DNA of 49,882 bases, counting the filler, from Trypethelium eluteriae (taxonomy: Eukaryota): NCBI GenBank assembly GCA_051942245.1. It is 2 parts of 2 records of this genome, joined end to end, with 100 filler letters (N's around TTAATTAATTAA, not from the genome) between each part and the next. Parts side by side here need not be neighbours in the genome. Positions count along the whole stretch, not along the records: positions 1 to 24,900 come from JAVECL010000390.1; 1 more part is not named here. One strand, written 5' to 3'. The position numbers were made by a program, and so were the translations under genes. This document shows positions 1 to 11,909 of this stretch, in pieces (positions within the stretch are counted from its first letter, which is position 1; every line of letters begins with the position of its first letter). The notes beneath the pieces were generated by a model. It was given only the letters and a program-made list of their open reading frames with translations, was not told where the DNA came from and ran no database searches.

Positions 1-1
1 G

Positions 2-52
2 GATGTGGGTGGAGGAGAGAAGGAGGGCGAGGAGTTCGAGGAAGAGGAGTGA
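2..52 (+). CDS. Possible 3' end of an upstream gene (acidic tail DVGGGEKEGEEFEEEE*), truncated by the window edge
   Basis: G/A-rich in-frame codons ending in TGA at 50-52; too short to identify. Confidence 0.35.
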   Translation, partial: DVGGGEKEGEEFEEEE

Positions 53-537
53 TTGGAGGGATTGAGGAGGAATGAATATACTGTACCATTAGTTCGAGCT
101 AGGGGTCGGTGAGGATGGTTGCTGTACATGGTTCTCGGTTCACGCTTAAGTCCATATCTGCGTTCATTCGGTACCGAAAGTTGAAAGACTGGTGTCACGG
201 GTGAACATGATATGGTGATCATAGAGGAAGAAGATGGGAGGGAAAAATTTTGGAGGGTTCATCTTTGTATGATAGGCTTACTTTCGGATGTCAGAATAGG
301 TCTTGCGCATATTCGATTGAGATCGTCACTTCGCGAGTTGAATGATTTTGCTAGAATTGTAAAAGTTATTCTGGTTGTGTACAAGGCCCGAGAATGGCAT
401 GATCACTAACTCCCTGCCTAGCATGACGCCATGTCAAGTATCTGAAATAGTTGGAGTTGAGACCCGAGATAGAGAGCGCCATAAACACCACGCTGACCAC
501 CGGGTTTCATGGTTAATTGGAGACTCTAGCGAGACGA

Positions 538-1452
538 TCAGGCGTAAAACTTCAGACAGCGGCTATCGTCATGGGCTGACCGACATGCTAGACTGCAAAC
601 TCGAGCACCACATTTCATGCACTTGACGCGGCCCCAGTACCCACATATCTCGCAGAAATGTCTCTGTGGAGGCGCATTGGATGATGGAGGCCCAGCTCTA
701 GCTGCAGAATATGAGAGGGGTGACTTCGATAAGAGTTCGTGAATCTCCAAATAAGATGGCAGCGTGGGCAACGGAGTTTGTAGTAAGGGATCTGTGAGAG
801 TCTCATCAGGGTCGGTATCCCTTGTTGTGGCCATAGTGTCTTGTGGAGTTGTGGAATTGTCTGGTAGCGTTGAGGAGGTTGCGGCAACCGAGGATGCCTC
901 TTGTGCAGGGGTCGCAGATTGAGAAGCCATGGGTCGTCGTCCTCTCTTCTTCACAGGCCGTGCATGGATTGCTTCCTCAACCTTTTGTCTCCTTTTATCA
1001 AGCGAGGACCGACGGGGCCGACCCAAGGTGGCGCGAGGGTTGGGCGCTGCTGTCGAAGGCATTTTGGGAGGCTGCATTGCCAGCATCGCTTCTTCGTCTG
1101 CCAAATGGTTTGCAAAGGTTTTTTGTGATTGTAGAATCCTTTTTACGTTGGGCGTCATCTTGCCTCTCGATCCTCTTGCCACTTCTTTACGGGTAGGGAC
1201 AGGAATCTGCACATCCTTGCCACTATCCTTGTCAAGTTCCGTTATGTGCCTCTGTATCGCTGTCTGTTGTCTCGCGGTGAGGTCGGTCCTGGACGCCGCA
1301 GAGAGTCCTGAAGCATCTCTGGCAAGGCGTTTCCGCGGGTGAGTGGGATTGATGGCTGCTTTGGAAGGATCATAACCGGTATCGGGAACATACGCCCATC
1401 CCGGAGCGACATTCGAGCTCTTGGCAGTCGGGAGTTCTTCGATATGCGGCAT
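538..1452 (-). CDS. VPS71: SWR1 complex subunit Vps71/Swc6 (zf-HIT protein)
   Basis: 304-aa ORF; N-terminal APGWAYVPD, ILQSQKTFANHLADEEA, C-terminal HIT zinc finger RHFCEICGYWGRVKCMKCGARVCSLAC. Confidence 0.85.
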   Translation of the reverse strand: MPHIEELPTAKSSNVAPGWAYVPDTGYDPSKAAINPTHPRKRLARDASGLSAASRTDLTARQQTAIQRHITELDKDSGKDVQIPVPTRKEVARGSRGKMTPNVKRILQSQKTFANHLADEEAMLAMQPPKMPSTAAPNPRATLGRPRRSSLDKRRQKVEEAIHARPVKKRGRRPMASQSATPAQEASSVAATSSTLPDNSTTPQDTMATTRDTDPDETLTDPLLQTPLPTLPSYLEIHELLSKSPLSYSAARAGPPSSNAPPQRHFCEICGYWGRVKCMKCGARVCSLACRSAHDDSRCLKFYA

Positions 1453-1822
1453 GATGGGGCAAGGACAAGCTCATGGACGACGAGAAAACATTAGAAGCGC
1501 GTCATATAGTGATGTAGAGATGCAAACTTAGGTGCAAACTTGAATGCAAACATAGATGCAAACACGCCCCCGCGCGTGACACCCACAGTCTTTCCAGCCA
1601 CTTGGACCCTGAAAGCTTGGGATGCTCGGTTCGTCCCGGCGGGAAGATCAGCCATTGATCACTTCAGCCATTCGACTGGCTGCAGGTCCGTAACCGCCTC
1701 TCCGATCCGACAGGGGCCAAGCTGGAGCCTATTGTCCTTTTTCTATTGTAATGGCACTTTCTTAAACCCTTCCCGAGTCCTTGCCTCAACCATATTATTC
1801 GACAGCTGCTTCATCGCCTGCG

Positions 1823-3859
1823 ATGGACTCGATTACGGCTACACCCAAGTCGGCGGCGCTGGCGTCCCCGAAAATCGTCAAGACAAAAGCTGCGGCTCCG
1901 AGCACTTCGAGCACTCTATCTTTTGCTTCTTTTGGTTGCGGTATGTGTGTGACCCTACATCACCATCCTAGGTCAAGTCTGCCATTGCTGGTGGGTGGTG
2001 GAACAGTACTCTAGCAGTCTCATCAGACCAAACTTCTCCTTTCCTTCAGAGATCATTGGAAAGCCAATTTTTGCTAATTCCGGAGCAAACAGATCATGTT
2101 CAGAGTCTCCTCAACGCAGAAAGCCGCAAAATTGCCCTCCAAAAGCATTCGCTCATCCAACAAACCATTCTAGATAGGCCAAGCGCTTCGCAGACACATA
2201 AACAAATACCCGAAGGCCGCCCTTCAGCATCGCTCAGCCCTGTATATCTATGTCTTCAATGCAATCATATCGTTACAGCGGAGGGTCGAGATAAACATCA
2301 TGAGACTAATAAACATGTATTCTGTATGGTAACTTCGAAGAGGAGAATATACGATCACTGGTGCTAATGAAGGATTGCAAGATATCGAATCTAGAACTGG
2401 CTGCCTTTATTGTCGGCAGTGCCGTGACTTTGTTTACGACCCTACCTTCGAGGAGGTACGGTTACAACGAGGTGAGGAGTACTTCTGCACTCTCTAGTCG
2501 AAGGGGCTAATCAAGATTCAGGACGGAAGAAGCGTTCATTCGATGAAATGAACAATTCAGAAGATCAGAAGCTGGTCGGAGTCAATTCAACGTTCATACC
2601 ATGCCGCGCGACTGGTCTGCGAGGGTTATACAATATGGGACAGACGTGCTTCATGAGCGTCATCATGCAGAGTCTCATTCACAATCCTATCATACGCAGT
2701 TTCTATCTTTCCGAGGGCCATCGGCAAAGCGACTGTGAAAGGGACAAGGAGGATTGCACTAGCTGTGGTATGGATGAGATATTTTCAGAATTCTTTTCAA
2801 GCGAGAAAGCTGAAGGTTTTGGCGCCGTCAATATGCTTGTTAGTAGCTGGAGGGGTTCGTCGGTAAGGCCACTCTGAATATGAGTCGTTCAGCGACCCCT
2901 ATGGAAGCCTCTGATCTAATCTTCCATCATAGACGTTGGCTGGTTACCAGCAGCAAGATGCTCACGAATACATGCAATTCCTGCTCAATTCCCTACACCT
3001 TGCGAATACAAACCCGGACTCCCCTACCGCTCTCGATGCCGACTCATCCTCCTGTCCTTGTATCATACACCGCGCATTCGCCGGCCAACTTTCTAGCACC
3101 GTTACATGCTCATCCTGTCACAACGTCACAACAGCCGTCGACCCGTTTCTGGACCTAAGTCTTGACATTCGAAACCGTACCAAGAAAAAGAAAGGCGACA
3201 AATCGAACGAAACAAACGGTGACACCTCCAAACACAGCGACAACTCATCTTTGACCCTCCAATCTTCCCTCTCACGCTTCACCTCCCTCGAAACGCTTCC
3301 CGCAACCTCCTACAAATGCTCCAAATGCTCCTCTTCCGACTCCACCGCCACCGCAACGAAACGCCTTCTCATCCAGAAACTTCCCCCAGTCCTCACTATC
3401 CACTTCAAACGCTTCGAGCACGGTGCGACCGCCAACGGTTCACACAACGGGGGCGCGGCGAACAAATCTGGGTCCAGCGCTTCCAACGGCGGCGGCAATG
3501 GCAGTGGGACTAGCGCGAAGATCGAGGAGCGTGTCGTCTTTCCTATGACCCTGGACGCGTCGCCCTATACTACGCGCGGCCACTCGAAGGACGCTAGCGC
3601 GAATAGCAAGGATGGGGCGGTGCAGAATGGGGTGAATGGGACGATGAAGAAAGGCGATACAAGGCCGACAGAGGCTCTCTATAACTTGTCGAGTGTGGTG
3701 GTGCATAAGGGGAAAATGGACAGCGGGCATTATATCAATTACTCCCGGGAGAGCAATGAGTGGTTCATGTTTGACGACGCGAAGGTGACGATGGTGGGGG
3801 AGAAGGAGGTTCTGGGAGCGGAGGCGTATCTATTGGTCTATGTGGCGCAGGATGTGTGA
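1823..3859 (+). CDS. UBP8: Ubiquitin C-terminal hydrolase Ubp8 (SAGA deubiquitinase; zf-UBP plus USP domain), multi-exon
   Basis: Exon 1 MDSITATPK...FGC, intron 1941-2092, then DHVQ...CLQC; Cys box GLRGLYNMGQTCFMS, QQQDAHE, His box VVHKGKMDSGHY, WFMFDD. Confidence 0.9.
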
Positions 3860-4257
3860 TGGCTCCATTATTGGCAACTGTTCCGGGATTTGACCTATGC
3901 ATATGGGGAGTTGATTGCACATTCTGAAGTTTGGCAATTGGTTGGCATCTCGGTGTGCATTTGATGCCTTGTGTTATATTGTCACGAGCTTGGAGTTCCG
4001 GAAGTTTGTTGGCGTAAAAAGAAGGGAGAGAGCGATTTGGCCATAGTCTTCTCTGGAGACTCAATATCACAAAGAAGCTTGCAGGTGAGACAGTCATGGT
4101 GATCAAGGTTTCGATGATGAAGATCTAATTATATTCGTAAGGTGTTGTAGATTTCCTTGGTTCAAAGCTGACGCACCACAGCCGAATAGAATAGCCCGTT
4201 TCCTCATAGGGTTTTGTAAGCAAGTTGGCCAATAACCATCCAAGTCAGTACGCTTGC

Positions 4258-4400
4258 TTACGTGAGAGTTATTGCAGAACGTACTCCATTGAAAGGACCA
4301 GCAATGTTCGCTGCACTGAAGAAAACCACATATCGTCGGATGAACTCATCCTTTTCGTAATACAACGCTCGCACAACATCCCACATCGCTTCTAAAATTT
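4258..4400 (-). pseudogene. Degenerate fragment of an MFS transporter (allantoate permease/Dal5-like)
   Basis: YYEKDEFIRRYVVFFSAANIAGPFNG resembles the WYxRxE..R..IFFSAA.IAGAFGG segment and is followed by a GT donor; no complete gene seen. Confidence 0.4.
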
Positions 4401-4738
4401 TCTGTCGCTTAACCAGATACCCATTCCACGTAATCCCACTATTCAGCCGATGAGGGGAATGTAAGAGACTGGAACGCTTAGCTTCGTCTCGCATTATGTT
4501 TCTTCTTCCGCTGTTTCCTCGGAAAGTTCTTTCATCACGATGGTGTAACCCGCCAGCTGGCCTTCGTGGACGTCACCTTCACCAATGCTTTCGGACTTTG
4601 GCCTGGTCTATCGCCTGACCCTAATTCTCCTTCACCTGTTGTCGGCCTGCATCTCCCAACCGCACGACATGCTTGGCTTCGACAGCCCTATCGTAGGGTC
4701 AAATATATATTGACAACTAACATATCGTCATTCCCGTC

Positions 4739-6157
4739 TCAACTGACCAAGCCGGCTTCCGAAGCCTGGAAGCATTCAACAAGTTGTAGCGTAGCTGCTA
4801 TTTGTGCTAATCCAGAGACGAGTCCTAGCAGCCCCGACCACTCCGATGAGGCTGTATATACGGGACACGAGATAATTGCTGCCATTGCACCGATTCCCAG
4901 CGTCAATCGCCACCAGAATGTATAACCGCGACGAATTGCACGACTGCGCAGTATAGGTACAATCGTCAGGTAGCTTGAACCGAGACTCAGGATGCATTGG
5001 GCCGCTGCGAAAAAAAAGCCACTATCATAGATGGTCCCTGAAGGTGTTTGCCGAAACGCCGCCAGGCTGGCAATCGCTGCTGCTGTGATAGAGCAGAGAA
5101 GTGTCATGAGTAGAACACAGGTCTTCTCGCTTGCAGCCCGGGAAACCTTCTCCATTACCTCATTAACGGCCCAAGATGTCCGAGCTGGCCTGTCGTCTAT
5201 TTTCAATACTTCTTGGTGGTTCTCGTTTTGAGCCATCTGCAACGGCGATTCGTACCGAGTCAAGACATTATTGTTGTCTGGCCGAAATTGGTTGTGTCGT
5301 CTGTCGCCCATTGGCGGGAGAGGGATCCCTTCTTGCGGATAGACACGGCGCTGGCGTAGGCCCTGAGACCCATTCTCGTCTGGAAGCAGCATCGGCATAC
5401 TCTCCTCTAGTGCTGGGTTGTAAGGAGTTTTGAGCTTAGTTTCAATTTTGCTAAGTATATCCATTCTATCCCGCAGCCTTTCTACGCACCAGTAGGGCAG
5501 GAAATCCGATATTGAGGGTGAGATGTCTTCTTGCTCTAGAAGGTCAAGGAAATATGCAGCCAGGGTATAGACACTCGCTGTGTCCCCCTCTGGTCCAAAG
5601 CCAATCCTGGACATATCTGAGTACAATTGTTCTCGTCGCTCAGTTTTCTCTCTATCGATATGATGGATCAGGATTCGACGCCAGGCATGGATCGCTTTTT
5701 TTGATGTTATATACTCGAGCGGTTCCAGCTCGTCCAGGGAAATAAAGACGTCATCGTTGGCATTGATGTAGTATGTTTGAAAGAGCGCGTCCAGGGCTTG
5801 ACATGCTCCAATGATTGGCACTAATATCTGCGCGGCAACGGGATGAACCAATATGAATAACCTCATGTGCACTTCTCCGGCCGGCTTTTTTTTATGTAGA
5901 TAAAAGCGAGCTGGGACCCCTAGATTCTTGCTTTCCTTATGAAGGTCTTTGAATACTCGATACTTTGTGTCAGTCAATTGCAGTGGCGAGCCATTAATGA
6001 TCGGCGCAAAATCGAATGTTAACTCTTTGAGAGAGGGGAACTCAAATTTCGCGGAGAACTTTGCATGGTAGTGCTTGGTGAGACTGGTGTTGCTTTGTGT
6101 TGAATATTGCCAAGATGATTCATCAAACTCCATTATTGTATTGTCATTGGCAGACAT
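4739..6157 (-). CDS. Hypothetical protein with about 3-4 C-terminal transmembrane segments
   Basis: Uninterrupted 472-aa ATG ORF; hydrophobic stretches CVLLMTLLCSITAAAIASLAAF, FFFAAAQCILSLGSSYLTIVPIL, LTLGIGAMAAIISCPVY. Confidence 0.7.
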   Translation of the reverse strand: MSANDNTIMEFDESSWQYSTQSNTSLTKHYHAKFSAKFEFPSLKELTFDFAPIINGSPLQLTDTKYRVFKDLHKESKNLGVPARFYLHKKKPAGEVHMRLFILVHPVAAQILVPIIGACQALDALFQTYYINANDDVFISLDELEPLEYITSKKAIHAWRRILIHHIDREKTERREQLYSDMSRIGFGPEGDTASVYTLAAYFLDLLEQEDISPSISDFLPYWCVERLRDRMDILSKIETKLKTPYNPALEESMPMLLPDENGSQGLRQRRVYPQEGIPLPPMGDRRHNQFRPDNNNVLTRYESPLQMAQNENHQEVLKIDDRPARTSWAVNEVMEKVSRAASEKTCVLLMTLLCSITAAAIASLAAFRQTPSGTIYDSGFFFAAAQCILSLGSSYLTIVPILRSRAIRRGYTFWWRLTLGIGAMAAIISCPVYTASSEWSGLLGLVSGLAQIAATLQLVECFQASEAGLVS

Positions 6158-7242
6158 AGTGGTCGCAATTGAAGCTACTGCTGTTTTGATGGGCTTGGAG
6201 CATCTGAAGTAGGATCAAGAAAAGGCCGGGCAACCGGCCGATTCTAAAGGAGGGCTACAAATGTGGCATAGCCACAAAAACAAGGCAAAAGTTCGATATT
6301 ATCTTATAGGATTCCCACCAGTGCTGTGGGAAACAGGGGTATTTACACCGCCACGGCTCAGGATTGCTGAAGTAGGATGGGATCAAGCCGCGGTTGTTCG
6401 ACGGCTGTGAATGCATTCATCGAGATGATACTACAGCCAGACGATATAGACTCAGTCGAAAGTTGGCGCTGCTTTGCACATTAAGGCTAGTACTTCAATT
6501 TTGGTATCTCTCGAGCGAGGTTGTAGATGATTCGTCGATGGCGAGGAGCGAGGTACGGTACGATACCTAAGTGGTGTAAGGCGAGGTAAGCACTGTAAGG
6601 TGGTAAGTAGTTCTGCAGTGGCGCCGGGGCTCTGCATCTGCCTTGCTGCGCCATTGCCCTAAATACACCAGGGATGTTACTGGCCCCCGTTTGGGTCCCC
6701 CCCCAAATCTGGTTCTGGGGAAATTGAGGATATCATAAGGTGAAGTTTTGAGTGAATCATCCTCTACGAGTGTGATACTGTAGCTTGTCTCTCCGCTCAG
6801 TCTCCTTGAAACAGCGCAGCCAGCTTATCACTCAGAATATTTCAGCTCCGCGCTCATCCATTGACTGAAAGAACGATACTTAATACATACTCGGGCTTCC
6901 GTATTTGACGATATTACAAGCGAGCACTGACGACTATCCTAAGCGGAAAGCCACAAGGCGGTCCCGATAAGGGCCAGGCAATCATTCGCTTCTGTAGGCT
7001 TGTAGATGAGAGAAAATGATACCCTAGTGCCACGCGCGAGATTGGGCTGCAGCCTTGCCTCGTCATTCGCAAACTGGAGGACCTACATTTATCGCAAGCA
7101 ACCATTGAATAATCCCCAGGGCACATAACCTACTTGTCGTTGCAGATGAGATGCTTTGAATTTTTCATTGTGAAAATTGCTTTGAAGCCTGGTTGTATCT
7201 ACAGGTAACATCTGCCAGCCGGTCCCAGAGGGATACAGAAGT

Positions 7243-8901
7243 CATTGGTCATCAATGACGTGTAAGTATCTCTTTTCTTCCCGCCTCTCCCGTTCCGTCT
7301 GTGGAGGTAAATCATAGTACACGGAACTTCTGTATCCTTTCTGTTGTAGGGTGCATGTCAGCAACGGCATTCACCATGGATAATGTATTCATTGTATCAG
7401 CGTGAAAGTTCAGACGATGGAGTGACTTACCAGATAATCAAATGTCAAACTGGGTAGTTCGGCTGGTTCGATACCAAGATCCGCAAACGTCTTGGCAGTC
7501 TTGTCAATTTTCTGATCAATGAATTCTCTCTCAACCTGATCTGCACTTGTTTTCATCCACCAGACAGCACGGTTCAAGGCCTGAGCCACAGGCTTCATAA
7601 CGGCTTTAGGTAAGTTGAAGTGTCTCCGGTGCTTAATGATTTCTTTGTCGACAAACTCCGCGATCTCCGCGGTCGAGTACTCGGTGGGACCATAAAGTTC
7701 GTAGGTCTGGCTAGCGGTATTATCATCGTCGATCATGGTCTCGAGAGCCATACCGACATCAATGACCTAAAGCGAGACAAATCAATAGACTGAAGGACGG
7801 AACCGAGAAAAGGAATGCTTACATGCACTGGCCAATAGCGCTCTTCCATGTGATTTGATGTGAAGAGATTGGACGCACTAGCAAGCTTGTTGAGAAGGCG
7901 ATCTTCAAAGCCGAACATTGGCGCTGGACGGACAATCGTTGTTTCGGGAAAGACGTTGCGAGCTACCTCTTCGCCTCGTGCCTTGGTCCAAATTAGCTTG
8001 AGAGCAGAGGAAACAAGTACATGCGCATGTAGTCACCTTTGTACGGAAGAACTCCGATGGCGAGTTCTTGTCCGCATTGAAAGATGAGACTTGAACGAAG
8101 CGATCAATATCGTATTTTGCACAGGCTTCTGCAATGCGCTGCGTCCCTTCGACATGGACATCTTCGAGATCGAAATTCCTAACTTGTATTCAGCATCGGT
8201 TTACTATGCTTCCGATGCTTTGTCTCACTTGGTCGGGTAGTCTCGTCCAACGAGATTGTAGACCATATCTGAGTGTCGTACGCTCTCTTCGATCGAGGCG
8301 GTATTGCGAAGATCATATTCCTGCCAGTGGCGTGAGTTGAAACCTCTTTGACGCCGCACGGATTTGTCAATACCAGAAATACAACTCTTCCTAGATCACC
8401 AGAAACCTTTAGGTGCCTTTTGGCCATCTCTTCTCGGAAAGGTACGACAACAGTACATCCTGAACGTGCTATATGCCAACAACATCAGTCAAGGAGACTT
8501 TGACGCGATTAATGCGCAGTTGCATACCGAGTCGATTAACAATATATCGACCGAGGAAACCGGTCGCGCCGAAGACGGTTGCTGTATGTCCTGGTACGTG
8601 GATTAGTTTCGTCTGGTTGAGTGGGTATTAGTCTACGAACCTCCGAGTGAGGACCTAGAGTCGAGTTAGTCAGTGTGCACAGTATATAAGAACTGCAAGT
8701 TCCAGCTGAGACGTACCTTCCACCTGCTATTTTAATGATTGGCTTTCCCGTCCGTGTTATGGCGACATCTTCGAGCGTAGGTCTTGAGACGGAGAACAGT
8801 CGGGTACACTGGAAAGCGATTGGGCTTGACTTTGCTTGAAAACTGATGGGTTGTGAACAGCTCCTAGCCAGTAGCCTGACCTGTCTATTGAGATGTGGCA
8901 T
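7243..8901 (-). CDS. Mitochondrial complex I 40-kDa subunit (NDUFA9-like, atypical SDR), multi-exon
   Basis: Presequence-like MPHLNRQVRLLARS; exons give TVFGATGFLGRY, KRHLKVSGDLGRV, PETTIVRPAPMFGFEDRLLN, QTYELYGP, REFIDQKID; last exon GYRSSVYYDLPPQTERERREEKRYLHVIDDQ*. Confidence 0.9.
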
Positions 8902-9128
8902 GGCGGCGACACTGGGGTGGGATGGAGGTGGAGCTTTGGCGCAGTACTCCGTACGTATGGACGACTTGAGAAGTTGAGGTCCAAGTAAACTCCAGCTCCG
9001 ACACCTCGCCGCCGAGCCTTTACATCGAACCTCCCACTCCCACCAGCGACTTTCGCACCCCTGCAAGTCTCCTTCAAGGCCTTCATAATATCCGTCCATA
9101 GCATAACTCTGTCTCGGAACGATCAACG

Positions 9129-10324
9129 ATGGAAAATGATCGGATACCAAACCATCTGACCGAGCTGCGAGATCTAGCACCAGACGAGCTTCAACACTAC
9201 TTCCTTCAGTTCGAGGATTTCTGGGAGAGAAAACTATGGCATGAGCTCACAAATGTGCTTGTGGAATACTTCAACGATCCTGCCAGTGGACCACAGAGGA
9301 TAGCGCTGTTTGGGACGTTCATCAAGAGCTTTGCGGACAAGATCAACCAGCTCAAGCTCGTTGCATTGGGTCTGCGAGCGAGCAACGAGTACAAAGGTAC
9401 ACGCCGTCTTTGGTGGCCTTATGGAGCTTCACTAATTGTGTCATAGGGCAGGAACAGCGCCTGGGTTTTCTTTCATCCCTAGCAGAACGAGTCAACAAAC
9501 CCTCCTCACAAGACGCCTTCGTCTACGCCAGCGTCGCCGCCGCGAGCATCAAGCTCCGCCTCGAGCGCTACCAAGACGCCCGGCAAGACCTCGACCACGC
9601 GGAATCCATCCTCGACTCCTTCGACTCGGTCGAGACCGTGGTGCACGCCTCCTTCTACGAAGTCAACGCCGACTACTACCACGCGCGCCAGGAATTCGCA
9701 GCCTACTACCGCAACGCGCTGCGCTACCTCGCCTGCATCGACCTCGCCAGCCTCTCCCCGCAAGATCTGCAGACCCGCGCGTACGACCTCTCGATCGCCG
9801 CGCTCGTCTCGGACAGCATCTACAACTTCGGCGAGCTCCTCCTCCACCCGATCCTCGACTCCCTGAATGGCACGCCGTATGCCTGGCTGCGCGACCTGCT
9901 GTTCGCGTTCAACCGCGGCGATCTTGCTGCCTGGGGCCTCCTCGAGCAGCATATGGGTCAGGACGCGCTCCTTGCTGAAAAAGCGACGTTCCTGTACCAG
10001 AAGATCTCGCTTGCTGCGTTGACGGAGACGGCGTTCCGGCGGCCGCCGCACGATCGCGCTATGGGCTTTGATGTTGTGGCGGCGAGCACAAATGTTAAGG
10101 AGGACGAGATTGAGCATTTGGTGATGAAAGCGCTGAGCTTGGGGTTGTTGAGGGGTACGATCGATCAGGTGGCAAGGGTGGCAAGAATAAATTGGGTGCA
10201 GCCAAAGGTGCTTGATATGACTCAAGTGGAGGGAATGAGGGGACGGTTGAAGGACTGGGATGCGAGTGTCAACCAGCTGGGGAATTGGATCGAAGGGGTG
10301 GGCAAGGATGTGTGGGCTGCATGA
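9129..10324 (+). CDS. RPN9: 26S proteasome lid subunit Rpn9 (PCI domain)
   Basis: FEDFWERKLWHELT, IYNFGELLLHPIL, EHLVMKALSLGLLRGTIDQV, INWVQPKVLD; intron at about 9397-9446. Confidence 0.93.
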
Positions 10325-10520
10325 GGATTGCTGGTGGCGGCATACAAGGCGCAAAGACATTGACCTTCGGCATTTCTGTGAATTTGGCGATACCAAACGC
10401 TAATTGTATCATAAGAAGAGTGCAGGATTGCAGGATTGCAGTCTTAATAGAGTTAACATGAGGGCTGAAAATGGTATCAAGAATTATCAGCTCTCTTGAT
10501 TAGTCTTTCATCTCTATTCT

Positions 10521-11909
10521 TCACTCAGCCTTCCATCTCCTACCTCCGCCTCTTCGCCATAACCACACTGCTTCCTGTGCATAGGCTCTTGCGCTCAAGT
10601 GCCTCTTCTCACCTTCATCTGATGCAGCTGAAGTTAAGATATCAATGACATGTTCATCATGCATGACCTGCCACAGACCTCTTGCAAGTTCTCCTTTTCC
10701 TCTTACCAGTCTCTCCTCTTCATCCCTCGCGTTCTCTACAGGCTCGCCATTCTCGTCCTCGCGCACTAGCTCCTCCTCCATAGTATCGCCAAATTCGCCC
10801 CTTCCTAACCTCCAGAGGATTTTGCCCAATACTGAATATGCGATGCATCGCTGACTGGGATATGTACTCTGCGCTAGTATCGCGAGCTCTCCTATCGTAT
10901 ACCCTGCCGCATCCGGCGCATTACCGTGATGGTGCAAGCCTTGAGTGACTGGTATCTTGTGTGCCATTCGTGGGGGAACGAGGGCACCATTGAAGGAGAA
11001 TCGTATCTCAGCGGGTGCAAGAGATGTGGCATTAGGCGAGTAGTTGCCGTTGGATTGCGGATTTGATTCTGAGACACCAGCATCTTCTGTCATCCAGGCG
11101 AGCTTTGAGGGATCGTGGGAAAGGTTCGCGAAGTATTTAGAGTGCAAGTCAGAAAGGAAGGACGCAGAGGAAGGATCGAGGTCCGGCGGCTTGGGAGCGT
11201 GAGGAAAGTGTATTGATGGCGAATCAAGAGGATCCTGTGCCTGCCCCAAACCTACAGTGTCCGACTCGAGATTTTTGATCTCTAGCTGCGGTGAGAGTGC
11301 CTCTAGCTTATGTGATGATTTCTGGTGCATATTGTCTTCGAAAGAGACCGTTTTGCCGGCTTTCGATGGTATCTGCTTCTCATTGCGTGGAGATTTTGTG
11401 CGTAGACTGGGAAAGTCGCTATCATGCTGATCGTCATCGATCTTTGCCTTTCGTAGCAATTTCTCAACTAAGGCTGGATTAAGAGATGACAGGACTTCTG
11501 CGCGTGCCTCTGCGATTTCGGCATCGGACATTTGTGCGAGCTTCTGCTTGTTCTCCGCGTGTATCTCTTCCCTTTCATTTTCCTCGAAGCTTACATTTTC
11601 ACTCTGCGCTTGTCGGGAGTTCGTGGCTGTCGCATTTGCATTGCGCAATGCACCCTCTGTCGAAACACTATTTTCGGACGTTCTGTGCGCCTGCTGCCTT
11701 GACACAAACCTACTCACGCGCTTTTTATGCGCTGGAAATCCAGTCGTCTGGTTCTTGAGCAAAGGCGCAGACGGTGGCTTCGGCGCACCGGGCGATCTTT
11801 CTTTAACATCAGCGATAAACTGGAGCTGTGGCTTAGCCACGGTATCGTGCGCTTCATCTTCGGAGTCGAAATCGACGGTGAATCGCTCCCCACGTGTTGG
11901 CCAGGCCAT
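10521..11909 (-). CDS. RBA50: RNA polymerase II-associated protein Rba50 (RPAP1 family)
   Basis: EIHAENKQKLAQMS..EI.E (RPAP1_N); RFSFNG, GLHHHGNAPDAAGYTIGELAILAQSTYPSQRCIAY (RPAP1_C); ATG of MAWPTRGERF at 11909. Confidence 0.9.
   Translation of the reverse strand: MAWPTRGERFTVDFDSEDEAHDTVAKPQLQFIADVKERSPGAPKPPSAPLLKNQTTGFPAHKKRVSRFVSRQQAHRTSENSVSTEGALRNANATATNSRQAQSENVSFEENEREEIHAENKQKLAQMSDAEIAEARAEVLSSLNPALVEKLLRKAKIDDDQHDSDFPSLRTKSPRNEKQIPSKAGKTVSFEDNMHQKSSHKLEALSPQLEIKNLESDTVGLGQAQDPLDSPSIHFPHAPKPPDLDPSSASFLSDLHSKYFANLSHDPSKLAWMTEDAGVSESNPQSNGNYSPNATSLAPAEIRFSFNGALVPPRMAHKIPVTQGLHHHGNAPDAAGYTIGELAILAQSTYPSQRCIAYSVLGKILWRLGRGEFGDTMEEELVREDENGEPVENARDEEERLVRGKGELARGLWQVMHDEHVIDILTSAASDEGEKRHLSARAYAQEAVWLWRRGGGRRWKAE

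Noticed and set aside
9436..10396. Long overlapping and antisense ORFs in RPN9 (similar ones in PTC5, DOT5 and HPC2)
   Set aside because: Explained by strong GC and codon bias of the real genes; no recognisable motifs
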